The notes beneath the pieces are model-generated. The model ran no database searches and was not told the DNA's origin. It saw nothing but the letters and a program-made list of their open reading frames with translations. A stretch of DNA of 63,859 nucleotides, filler included, from Parasitella parasitica NRRL 2501 (taxonomy: Eukaryota > Fungi > Mucoromycota), in NCBI GenBank assembly GCA_025201805.1. It is 6 parts of 6 records of this genome, joined end to end, with 100 filler letters (N's around TTAATTAATTAA, not from the genome) between each part and the next. Parts side by side here need not be neighbours in the genome. Positions count along the whole stretch, not along the records: positions 1 to 2,887 come from MU619472.1; positions 2,988 to 27,012 come from MU619418.1; 4 more parts are not named here. The stretch is one strand, 5' to 3'. Positions 1 through 11,454 of this stretch are shown one piece after another (the stretch's first letter is position 1; each line of letters opens with the position of its first letter). A program made the position numbers and the translations under genes.

Positions 1-723
1 GATCTTACTGCTTCCCCCTCCGCTGTCAAACGCACCCCAACCACTCCTGTACCCAATCAGCAAGCGCAACCCAGCAGAGCAGCACCCAACGTCTCCACTT
101 GGACAGAAGTTGTCCAAAAGAAGCCCAAATCAAACAAGATCAAAAACCCCTCTGATGTTACCGAAAAACATCGTGCAGCCATTACCCGTGGCTTCAATGC
201 CCAAGCTGAGGGTCCCAAAGGCTACCACAGCGTTTACATCAACCGTTCACGCCGCTTTACCCGCACCGAAGTTCGTCGTAACTTACATCTGATCGGAGCC
301 GAGGCATCCCGCATCATTGATGTTACCTTCCCTGCTCGCAATGTCATTGGCATCTTGATCCATGTCCAATACAAGGATACTCTCTTGAACCTGCTGGCCA
401 AGAGCAAAGTTGCTGTGCTGGATAAGTTTGATCCAGTTGACCCTCAACATGTGGCTGACCCAAAGTACCATGCGCTGTCTACCACTGAGCGGGAAGACAT
501 CGCTTTTGAGCTGCACATCAAGCGCTGTACGCAGTCGCTGCGCTATCTTGCCTCTCGCCGTCCTCGCCTCTTTGCTTCTGTTGCAGCCTTCTTTCAAACT
601 GAGGGTTATGTCACCTCTGAGGACATTGAAGCTCTGGCTCCTGAGGAAGGTCTCTTCGGCTTCCGTAGGCCTCGGGATGCTGATGCTGCCATGGATGACG
701 ACACCGAGGTGGAAATTTTATAA
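1..723 (+). CDS. LINE (non-LTR retrotransposon) ORF1, 5'-truncated by window edge
   Basis: Frame 1 is open from base 1 to TAA 721-723 (...TWTEVVQKK...RRNLHLIGAEASRIIDVTFPARNVIGILIHVQY...). It lies directly upstream of an APE-RT ORF and its stop overlaps that ATG (TAATG). Confidence 0.8.
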   Translation, partial: DLTASPSAVKRTPTTPVPNQQAQPSRAAPNVSTWTEVVQKKPKSNKIKNPSDVTEKHRAAITRGFNAQAEGPKGYHSVYINRSRRFTRTEVRRNLHLIGAEASRIIDVTFPARNVIGILIHVQYKDTLLNLLAKSKVAVLDKFDPVDPQHVADPKYHALSTTEREDIAFELHIKRCTQSLRYLASRRPRLFASVAAFFQTEGYVTSEDIEALAPEEGLFGFRRPRDADAAMDDDTEVEIL

Positions 724-2887
724 TGATTGAGCCCACACTCAATCATTATAACCTAACCACGTCTCCCAACATTGCTGCTACTACTACTCCTTCTACTAAT
801 ACTTTCCTTAATAATAATCCTACAACTCCTCCCGGCCTTACGGCCACCGTCATTAATAGCGCCTCCCCTACTCCACTCACAATTGGTCTCTGGAACGCTC
901 GCGGTCTTCGAGACACCACAATTGATGATGTCCTCCGTTATTGTCAATCCTTCTCGGTCCTCTTTATCACGGAGACATGGCTCCATCGTCTTCCAATCCG
1001 TATCCCTACCACATGGCAGCAATTCCACTTGCCTGGGATTACTGTCGCTGGTGGTGGACGAGGTTCTAGGGGCGTGTCTTGCCTGGTCAATCCCTCCTGT
1101 CCTCTTACAGCGTTTCAAACGCCTTTGCCGCCTGCCTTGCATGATTTTGCCCTAGGGATTCAACTGGGACGTGAGCTACGGCTCATCTGTCTCTACATTC
1201 CTCCGGAGCAGAATGGTTTATATACTGCTGATGTCTCCACCATCCTGAACGCGATCCCGCTGGATCATGACACTATCATCTGTGGCGATCTGAATGCTCG
1301 TATGGGTAGCTTTGTAGGTGACTATGCGACAAACTCTCGAGGCAATCTTTTACAAGAATACTGTGCCGACAACGATTTAAACATTTTGAACTGTCAATTA
1401 GCCCACGCCACGCCTACTCTCGAGGATCGTCGTCGTGGGCAGAATGTAAGTAGCATTGTCGATTACTACATCACGAATGTAGCGTCATTGTCTTCTGCCT
1501 CTCTGGGTACCTCATCTTTATCTCTTTCACCCCCAAAAATTAGTCTTTGCTCTGATTTGTCCCTGGGATCTGACCATAAACTGATGTCGTTGTCTTTTGA
1601 CTATTACTCTGTTGTCGCTGCTCCTCCTCGACAAGTGACTTCCTCACCTCGGCTCCTCTGGAAGCTCTCTCGTCTGCAAGAACTGGACACCCACAACCTA
1701 TATGTTCAAAAGTTTGAATCTTTGTCGGCGCCTCTGCTGGAGAAATTGATCGCCCTTGTCAATTCCCCTCCCGTTACCATGCCTCCCATTAACTCCCTCA
1801 ACAGCCAGCTGAATCAATGCATTTACGATGCCCTTGATGCCTCGGCCACGCGCCAGACACAGCGCTCATCTCACTGGAAAAAGTTCTGGACGCCTGATCT
1901 TCAACGGCTAGCAGATCATCGCGAATCGATGTATCGCCGATACCGACATTGTCCACGTTCCCTTGACAAGGCGTATTTTTGGCAACAGCATCAACAAGCT
2001 CATCAACAATTCAAACAGGCTCTACGCCGCGCTAAACAGGTCTCATGGCATGCATTTTGTGAATCTTTATTTAAACAAGATTTTTCAAAGGCTATTTCCA
2101 AGATTAAGCTAATTAAAGCACGACGCCAACGCACCTCAGGCTATCAACATGTAGATGGAGCTCAAGCTGGCGCTGCCGCCATGCGCGCTCACCTTGCGAA
2201 TATCTACGCTGGTAGTAACCTCCCGGCTTTGCGGCCTCCATGCCTCTTACCTGCTGCTCCTGCCATGCCCACTTCTGGTGTTTCTACTGAGTATCGCCTT
2301 GCTGATGGCACTTTTAGCACCTTGAATCCTGCTGCTCCTGCCTTTGTTCCTCGTGCAGAACCATCTCCAATTTTTGATGCTGCTCGTGTTCCGTCTGCCT
2401 CTGTTGACAATGCTGCTTTTGATGCTGTTATAAGTATTGATAGTATCATTGAAAACATAAAAAGGTTACCAAACAAAAAGGCTCCTGGTCGAGACTCTAT
2501 TCGTGGCGAAATGCTGAAGCCCATCCAAAAGCCGCTTGCCAAAATCCTGTCCTATCTGTTTGCCATGGCATATCAATGGTCTCACACGCCCTCTGACTGG
2601 CGTCATGGCAATGTGTGCAGCATATACAAGAAGGGTCCCGTCACCGAAGCTTCCAGCTTTAGGCCAATTTCACTGACTAGTACTTTTAGGAAACTCTTTG
2701 AATCGTGCCTCTTGCCACTTGTTCTTGATGTGTCTCCAGCCATTGACGTGGCTCAAAATGGTTTTCGATCTGCCCGTAGTGCTCTTGATAGTGCCCTCAG
2801 CCTTCAAGACCTGATGAAAGACTACCAGCGTCAACACTACCACTGGCCCACTGTCTGCTTCTTGGATATTAAAAGTGCGTACGACGT
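723..2887 (+). mobile_element. LINE ORF2 (APE endonuclease + reverse transcriptase), truncated at contig end
   Basis: APE motifs IGLWNARGL, FITETW, GDLNAR, IVDY, SDH. RT motifs KKAPGRD, FRPISLTS, QNGFR, FLDIKSAYD. Ends at the N linker. Confidence 0.95.
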
Positions 2888-2987
2888 NNNNNNNNNNNNN
2901 NNNNNNNNNNNNNNNNNNNNNNNNNNNNNNNTTAATTAATTAANNNNNNNNNNNNNNNNNNNNNNNNNNNNNNNNNNNNNNNNNNNN
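2888..2987. other. Artificial contig linker (N..TTAATTAATTAA..N); others at 27013-27112, 28988-29087, 31558-31657, 33115-33214; large N gap 58494-59340
   Basis: Identical 100-nt spacers with a six-frame stop cassette. Confidence 0.97.
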
Positions 2988-3042
2988 TGTTCCCGTTCAT
3001 GCACATCTATATTCTTATGAGAACATCGGCGAGGCCATAGTG
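2988..3042 (-). mobile_element. Terminal fragment of a CACTA-like DNA transposon
   Basis: 55 bp reverse-complement match (2 mismatches) to 25591-25645. Terminus reads CACTATGGCC on the minus strand. Confidence 0.65.
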
Positions 3043-3059
3043 TTAACAAACGTAATAAC

Positions 3060-3204
3060 GTTGTGCATGATTTCTTATTCATTTTGTGCTTGAATTTTTA
3101 TTTTATTAATGCTTGAAATTTTTTTTAGTTAGTGCTTGATTTTTATTTTTTCAACTGCTTAAATTTTTTTTCAAAAAGTGCGCGAATAAGTTCGAAACAC
3201 CCTG
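3060..3204 (-). mobile_element. Tc1/mariner-like terminal remnant
   Basis: Ends ...AAACACCCTG|TA (TA-CAGGGTG on minus strand), with repeated TGCTTGA subterminal motifs. Confidence 0.55.
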
Positions 3205-3393
3205 TACCTTCTTCCAGAAAGTTCAAGAAACATAAGCTTATTTATATTATAAATAGATAGCAATTTCTAGAAACCAAGATAGACAAATACAAAACCATGA
3301 TAACTTCTGGAAATAGTTTACCATTAGTATAAATATAACATGAAATTTATTAAATAAACATCATTTTTATTCTGTTAATCAAAACCTATTATG

Positions 3394-3711
3394 TGTCAAT
3401 TTCCCAACCGGAAGTCAAACTCAAGTAAACTCAATCCTGAACACAATTCAGGAACATATCCCAATGGATCATGTTCCTTATTTATAACTCAACATGATAT
3501 GTTCATGGATAATAGATACGATCTATCGTTCCATTCTCTAAATCACACCATGTCTCACACTTGTATCTTATCCTCCCATCAGTCCACTTAGATTCACTAG
3601 TATATAAACCATCATTTTTTCCATGTAATAAACGAGATCTTTACCTGATTAATTCACAACCATTTTATTTGAATAATTTCTCATTCTGATAAATCACTCT
3701 CTTATCTAACA
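3394..3711 (+). mobile_element. Solo LTR, family A
   Basis: TGTCAA...CTAACA ends, internal TATATAAA and AATAAA. First ~125 bp nearly identical to 30852-30977; diverged copy at 58222-58294. Flanks TATG/TTTG are an imperfect 4-bp TSD. Confidence 0.75.
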
Positions 3712-3811
3712 TTTGCCCAAACATTGCATAGTGTATATCACGTGTTTTTCCTCCATATTATACTTGGTTGTTATGTACCTCTAAATTCTACATGTGACAA
3801 AAACCACGAAA

Positions 3812-3895
3812 CCGGTTTTAGCTCAGTTGGTAGAGCGGGAGACTGTAGTGAATATCGACATCTCTAGGTCACTAGTTCGAATCTTGTAAACCGGA
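3812..3895 (+). tRNA. tRNA-Tyr(GTA) with 11-nt intron
   Basis: Acceptor stem CCGGTTT/AAACCGG, D arm, GGAGA-CTGTAG[tgaatatcgac]A-TCTCT anticodon arm, GTTCGAATC T loop, poly-T terminator. Confidence 0.95.
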
Positions 3896-4105
3896 TTTTT
3901 TTTACTTATTTTTACATAAATGAAGTGTTTGTAGCATTCTATTGCTCACTTGGATATACGAAAAAAGGTGATAATCTGCATATTTTACCCTACCGAAGTT
4001 TAAATTGCTTTGATTTTGATATCGAAATTACACACAGCAAAAAATAAAAAGGTAACACTGTCTTTACTTATGTATGGATCTAATATTTTAAATTATGGTA
4101 AAGGT

Positions 4106-5294
4106 CTAATGGCGGTGAGCAGGCGTGAGTTTGATATCGCCATCACCACCGTTTAGTAGGGCCTTGACCTTTTCTGTGTACATCCTCAAGCTATCGCCCA
4201 TGACAGTGATTTTGATTTGAACATCGTTGGTATTTTCCAAAGTATCTTCATTCTTGACGGGTGTAATAGTCCAGCGACCGAAAGCATGATTTACAATTGA
4301 CAGTTTACCATCATCCAAACGTACGAAACCCTTGATACGATAGATATCTTCTTTAGGCATAGACTTGAGGAATGCCTCAAATTGCTCAAGCGTCAATTTA
4401 TCATCATTGACAGATTGAAGGATTTGAATCAAATCAACCTCATTTTCTTGATGCTTGGGATCAAAAACAGATTCTTCCAAATGTTTATTCTTCCCATAGC
4501 CCACCTTAAAAAGCTGCGTATCCAGGCCGAATACAAGATCAGGAGAGACACCGGCTTTATCACATTTGACCTTAGGTGTGTCAGTATTCAAAACGTTGAT
4601 GTGATCAATCACATTATCCAATTGACGTTCGTCGACCAATTCGTGCTTGTTGAGTAAGATGACATCGGTATATTGCGCCTGCAACTTTGCTGTATAACTA
4701 GTATCTTCGTAGCCACTAAAGTTCTCGCAATCAACAACTGTAATGATAGAATCCAATGTAAACCCTTCATCTTCCATCTCACGAATTTGCCAGGCAATAG
4801 GAGCTTCACAAAAGTTCACAGATGTTAGATGATATTATCATCTAGTCAAAAATTACACATACCGGGGAAAGCTGAACCACTGGTCTCAATAATAATTCTA
4901 TCAGGATTATATTGGTCTATAGATGATGTGATTATATGAAAAAGTATATCCATCTTGCTTCACACAAAAATTTACCTCTTAATTCTTGAAGTGCCAACTT
5001 CATTTGACCAACCAGTACACAACACATGCAACCATTAACCATTTCCTGAACACCAACATTGGTCTCCTTTGCCAACTGACTGTCAACTATCAAAATAATA
5101 AGGGTATTGGTAGCCATAAAAACCTATGAAGATCAGAAATTTCTACCTGCAATATCGCCAAATTCATTTTTCAACAAACAGACTTTATAATCTTTGGGGA
5201 CACGTTGTAATAAGCTCAGGATTTGAGTGGTTTTACCACTTCCCAAGAAACCCGTAAAGACAGTGATAGGAAGAGGGTTTACAACAGCAGGCAT
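4106..5294 (-). CDS. COG0523/CobW-family G3E GTPase (zinc metallochaperone, Zng1-like), multi-exon
   Basis: Starts MPAVVNPLPITVFTGFLGSGKTT; NEFGD; GCMCC metal motif; IIIETSG; LLNK; CobW_C-like RIKGFV. GT-AG introns. Confidence 0.9.
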
Positions 5295-5413
5295 ATCTAT
5301 TGCTAAATAGTATTAAGTTAAAGGGAAGGAAGAAAAATGTGCACTAAAAGCCATGTGTTTGAGATAAAATCAATTCAAGGTTTCACAATCCCAAAAAAAG
5401 AACAAATGTTTAT

Positions 5414-7807
5414 TTAAAGTTTTTGCTGCTTTTCTTCTAATGTTAACTGGTTTAATGTCTCAATATCACCTTCCCTCAGCAATTCTTCTTCTCTTGAGGC
5501 ATCATCTCCCTTTTTACGAAGCGCAGGAAACTCTTTTCTAGGCAAAAGAATTCGATTCTCCTCTTCATCATCTTCATTTTCGCCATTGAAATACTCGTTT
5601 ACCAAGCTTCTGATACGAGGGCTTGCAGGCGCAGACAATGGCTTCGGAATTTTCTTTACAGCAATGTCCAAATCCAACTGATCGTCGTCATCCACAAATG
5701 ACTCTGGGTATACACGACGTAATGCCAGTTGACGAGCTTTAATGTATTCATAACCCATTCGTTTCCAGTCTAAAAGATCAGATAGTCTTTCAGTACGATT
5801 GCGCTGATTGATACGTTGGCGCCTTGTCTTTTGACAGAATCTAAACATTTGCTCACACAATTGCTGAATTGACTCCTCGACTGATTTGAGTCTTCGATCT
5901 ACTATATAGATACCATAATCTTCGCAATTTTCGATATTTTCGTCCATGAAACAACCAAAACCAGATAGGCTTATGAAGAAGCATCAGTATGACCTCGCTG
6001 ACTACAAATAAATTTTAAACTTACTTTGTTGTAATTGACGGCACTCCCATTACAGTACATTCGGCAGGTGTATATCCCCAAGGCTCATAATAAGAAGGGA
6101 AGACGCCCAAATGGCAGCCCCGAACAAAATCCTCGTAATCTAGGCCCAATAGTGGGTTGTTGGCATTCAGGAATTCAGGATGGAAAATTGTCTTTACACG
6201 ATCTTCCGACTTGTTATATAGTTCCAAGCGTCTCAATTGATTGATAATTGGGTCAGCACCATCATCTACCATATTGTGAGTAACAATGGGCGGTAAGCTA
6301 TGATTTTTCAATGCGAATACTCGGCGTTTCAAGAGAACTTTATCCTCACTATGCAGGAATTCCGCAGGATCCAGCTCTTCTCCTTTTAGAGCGCTCTCAA
6401 ATATACGTTTGCCAATACGATCCTGAATCTCGTTGACGGTTTCTCGCAGTTGTTTTGTTACAGCTTGACCTTTAAGAGCTTCCACATTGAATGAACGAGT
6501 AGCGGCTGGCATGACTAAAAACACGACCACAGTTATGTTTGACTTGGCCGCTTTCAAACGATCATTCAAACCTAAAAATGAATTGTTTCATGTTGAGAGT
6601 ATTTTTCCTGTTACTTGCAGTGAGACACTTACGTCCGAGGGATTCCACAAACATGTCGACGCCTTTATTACGGAATTCATAACGGCCAGCAGTGAAAAAG
6701 TAAACTGTGTTGTTCAGGTCAAAATCATAATGGCCATAAAAGTGTCCTCTAACGAAATCATTGATCTTTTCTTTGTTCAAGGCATGCTTGTTTTGAAACT
6801 CGTGTACTGCTTGGAATTTTACAACATTCAAGCCATTTGGCAAAACCCCATCTATTAAAGTTATAGAATAAGACACACAAAGACACGCATACACACTTTC
6901 AATCGTCTTACCTGGCTTGCGCTTTAATAAATGTTCGCTCTCATATGCAGTGATATGGCTAACAGTGGTAAAAACATCGGCACAATGGGCTGCGCCCCGT
7001 TCAATACAATACCGATGATAAATACCACGCTTGCCAGCCTCATGATCGACATCAAAATCTCGGAGGTTGTTGTAAAAATCGACCGAACCAGCACATAAAT
7101 AACGACCCAAGAGAGTGGCATGAGTTGTAAAAATGGTAGTGACATCAATCTTGCGTTTTTTGACAAGAGGGATACCTACACCAGCCAACCATTCATGGAA
7201 ATGAGCAATAATGGCAGGGCTTGGGTCAGATTCAGTTGATTGAGCATTGTACTACTCTAGAACCGATAAGAACTCTCAATGTTTGAATGGATCACAACGA
7301 CATATACCTTGTCTGCAACTTGACCAAGAAACCAAGTAACTATATAACCAAACAGGATGGCCTCGTTTGTCTCCTGGTCATTAGGCGGACTAGGAATGCC
7401 TGCAACTTTCCAGAGATCACTTTTCCACTCATCCAGTTTATGGGTCATGCTGCCTGTATCAAACAGCAGTACATAGGGAGCACCTTCCACTAACCACCTG
7501 CCAAAGAGATACTTTACACCGTTGGCGGACATGGTAGCCAATGTTTCCCGGATAATCCCAGAAGGTGGCTCGAGAGCCTCTACTTCCATAGGAGCTGTCT
7601 TGTAAGACAGAGGACCGATTAAGCAATATCTGTCGCCAAATTCCCTGACAGTAACGGGAACTTTTGTCTTTATAACTGTGTAAATGCCACCAACTACGGG
7701 ATACACAGTTAGGTACGGCATCGACTAGAGTTAGAGTTACCTTTGTTAGCTACTTCCCAAGCAATCTCGAATAAAATCGGATTGTAGACGTCTCGTTGTT
7801 CTGGCAT
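5414..7807 (-). CDS. GSY: Glycogen synthase (GT3), multi-exon
   Basis: [10 protein letters not shown]|[47 protein letters not shown]. Confidence 0.97.
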
Positions 7808-8711
7808 TTTGTGTTATTAGTTGATTCAGAAAACAAAACGAAAAGAAAAGTAACAAATCAAACCAGAGGCCAAAGCTATAATTTATACCTTTTTTTCCCA
7901 ACAAAGTAAATCCATCAGGAATCGATTGGGGTTTGGTTGAAGTGTAACCATTCTCACGAACAAATAGCAAGACTTTGCTTTTCCTACTTGACTATTTGAT
8001 CTTTGCCACTATTTGCTGCAGTAATAGGTTGAAAAAACAAACAAACCGTGTGCCACCACTGCTCTTGAGTAGGTATGTGTTGTTTTGTCATCTATTGTGT
8101 TGTGTTGAATGCTGAATTTGTTATCATCTAATCGATTTGCAAATAAAAGAAGCATTACACAAACGAGTAAAAACTAATACAGCATAATGCCCGAAAAGAT
8201 ACGTGCTCCTTTAAATGACTGTAGTGGTTTTTTTATATGATTGTTTGTTTGCTGTGAAAAGTTCTAAAAATTTCCCACAGATAAATTAAATCATAGCTCT
8301 GTAACTGATTTTGTATACAACAGTATCTCTCTTGCTCTGCATTATTACATAATCTTGATCCGCCTTTTCTTACTTCAATGCGTGTTTGGAGTAGGAAGGC
8401 TAAATATAGCCATGCCCCCCCCCACATTGATCTTCTTTATCTCGGGAAGATCTAAAACATTCAAACCCAAATTTCCAGTCTTCCACTTGATTTGTGTATG
8501 CACATTACTGATCCATGTTAGCCGATAAAAAATGAATTAATTGGCTTTCATAATATACCATATATACAAAATAGAGCGATAGTTTCTGTTGCGGCTTATA
8601 CCGGTAACATTGTATATAGAGCACATTAATGTTTCGACAATTACAAAGAAAAGTGCGTTTACAAACTTTTGAGCATTAATCCACAATGTTTATTAACTTA
8701 ATCAATTTATT

Positions 8712-10342
8712 TTACGACGCCATATCTACATCTGCAGATTGCTGTGGCTCCTCTTTACGTATCATATCTGCACTTTCTCCAACCACTATGCGCTCCTCGA
8801 TTTGGTCTTCAGACACCGAGAATTGACGGGCATTGGTATTTCCATTTTTGTTGATAAAAAGTTTGTTTTGAGGTTTGTTTTCTTTGGTGTGCTTGTAAAA
8901 ACAGTTGGGCCGTGTGCATGCTCCATCAAATTTACACTATTGAAATTCCAAAATTCGTTAATGCTCTGGTAGCTATCCGTTTTAAAATCGCTACACTTAC
9001 GATAACTTCGGTTTTAAAATCCGAATCTTTAGAATGAAGAAAATGGCAATCTGCTCTTGTACAAGCATCGCCATTTTTACAGGGAATCTGCACACGTTGG
9101 TCTATTTTTGTAAATGAAGGCTGGCCTTGCATAAAGAACGCTTGTTGAGGAGGCATAGCAGGATGCAAATATGGACATACTGGGTTACTGCAGTAAGGGA
9201 AAAATTTACAAGGGAATGGTATTCTGGATGTGGGTGGCTGTAAAACAGGTGCAACAACTTGAGGATGAATCCCTAAACACTCTGAAGCCATCTTAGAGCA
9301 ATTGGGAAACTCACTATGCATAGAAATAGTATTAAAAGCCAAAGACCTACCAAGAGCTATTGGGGTAACTTACGGGCAAATAGTGGTAGGATGAAAGTAG
9401 ATGCATTCAGCACCATTTTTGCAGTTGGGCCAATACTTGCAGCGTTCCTTGTTACTATCATTTTGACGTTCAGGGATGTTGATAGGCTTGGATCCGCCCA
9501 GACGATTAAAAACACTAGGCATTTCTTCACTCTTTGCAGTACCGATTCTAGAAAACACATTGCCTGATCGACGATTATCTTGCTCGGGTAGTTTTTCGTA
9601 GCGAGAAGTATGGTCTTGTCGTTCGTAGCGAGAAGAGCGACGCTCAGGTGAACGAGAGCGACTACGAGGAAGATCGCTGCGGCGAGCAACAGTGGATCTA
9701 GGCGAAAAATCGGTTCGCTTAATGTTATTATTCAAAGCTCCACCTAGAGCTTGACTGAAAATTCTGCCCTTAGGTCTATCAACATCCGTACGATCTAGTT
9801 GCTGAGAAGATGTAGAATGGTGTTGTTCTGATGGTTTTTGTTCTTTAATCGAATCGATAGTATCTGATGCAGGTGCTTCAAGCGCTTGCTTGCGAGCAAA
9901 AATCCATTCTGTAAGATTTGAATCTGCAAATTAACATTTTAGCATCAGACAGAAATCAGCTGTTTTGAGGGGGGGGGGGGGAACTTACCGTAGTCTGATC
10001 CTACAACTAGTAAAGAATTTCTTAATTAGCAAATGCATTGAAATGCTTATAGCAAAAGAACATACGTTGTAAAAGCTCAATGTCAACATCTTGGGCATTC
10101 TTTCCAACCTGGAGTAAAGTAACGATAAAGCCTGAAAGTGTTTTGTCTATTGGAAGATATTTGATCGTTTGTGGCAAAGCTGAAATACTTGCGACGGAAT
10201 CCTTACCTCCCGCGTCACTGTATTCATAAGCAACGACCTTATTGTAAATCTCATTCTTAAGGAAGATTACAGTTAATCCTGTGATTCTACATGTTTACTC
10301 CTGTCAATATACCTCTAATTGTTCCCAATAATTAGCTTCCAT
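8712..10342 (-). CDS. Nab2/ZC3H14-like poly(A)-binding CCCH zinc-finger protein with N-terminal PWI-like domain, multi-exon
   Basis: Small N-terminal exons (MEANYWEQLE...), an RS-rich linker, and tandem fingers such as CKYWPNCKNGAECIYFHP, CKFFPYCSNPVCPYLHP, CKNGDACTRADCHFLH. Confidence 0.8.
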
Positions 10343-11454
10343 TTTGTCAAAGGTTTTGGTTATTAGAAAAAAAAACTTCAATGCCAAATGTTGAAGCTTT
10401 TGTGACTATGGGGGTGCGTCAAATCTTGGCTCCAAGTGACCATCATGACACCGTGGCATTTTCAATCATCAATATTAGTCAGAGACTCATTCTGTTGCAG
10501 CATTGATGGTTTATGAAACCTTCATGTATGTTTCATAGTCTCAAGTGGTTAAAAAACCCAGCTGAATATTGAGCGACATTTGACCAGGTCCTCCATCGAA
10601 TTTAATCGCGTTGGCACAAAATGAGCTTTGACTACTTTTGATAGATACAGCGTTATTTAGAAGGCATACGTCGAGAAGTAATTCATGTGGTTATGGCACT
10701 TTCTAAAAGTAGATGATGAATTTTAGGATTGCGTATGGCCATTCCGTAGAAAGAAGGCAGTGGTCAATATGATGAAAATCAGCCTGTTTGATCTGAATAT
10801 GCTTTAAAATGCGTACACGTTTGTATAAAGTAGACAAAAAAATACAATTTCATGGTAATAAAAGCTTTTCAATTTGGTTAAGTGTCGTCATATCATCTAA
10901 AATAGCAAAGCTATGAAATGTCAGTTACGTACAGCTCGTGAAATCACATTGAATAGTTACCTTATGATGAAAGTAGTATTGAGACGATTTCTAAAATTTG
11001 CTGCTTTGTGAGGGAAATCAAAAAGTATTCTCATTATCTAATAACTACTATGTAAATATAAACAGGAAAGAAATTGTGATTTTAAATTCAGTGGGCCTGA
11101 AATAGTACATTGTCCAGTTTGATAGTGCAAACCAAGGTAAAGAAAACTTACAGGAGTAATATAATAAAATTTGTATAGCAGTAAATTGATGCTCATGCCG
11201 TATTTATATCTATGGAAAAAGGAATTGAAAAAACAAAAAACTGATGGAAATCGGATAGTTTAACCTTAATACGGTAGAACATCTAGCAATATCCCTTACC
11301 ACTAATACTAACTTGATAAAAGTGAGATTTATTGTGAATGATATAAATATAATTAAATAAAAGTTAATATAGAAGTACAAGCCAGCATCACTGTTATAGT
11401 AATGAATAGAATATAATACAGTAGTCGATTGTTATTGTAGCAGAGATTTTTCAA

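Noticed and set aside
2932-2943. Recurring palindromic TTAATTAATTAA
   Set aside because: Always embedded in identical N spacers; an assembly linker, not biology.
10713-10796. Possible C/D box snoRNA (ATGATGA...CTGA)
   Set aside because: No terminal stem or recognisable rRNA antisense element; such short motifs are common in AT-rich DNA.
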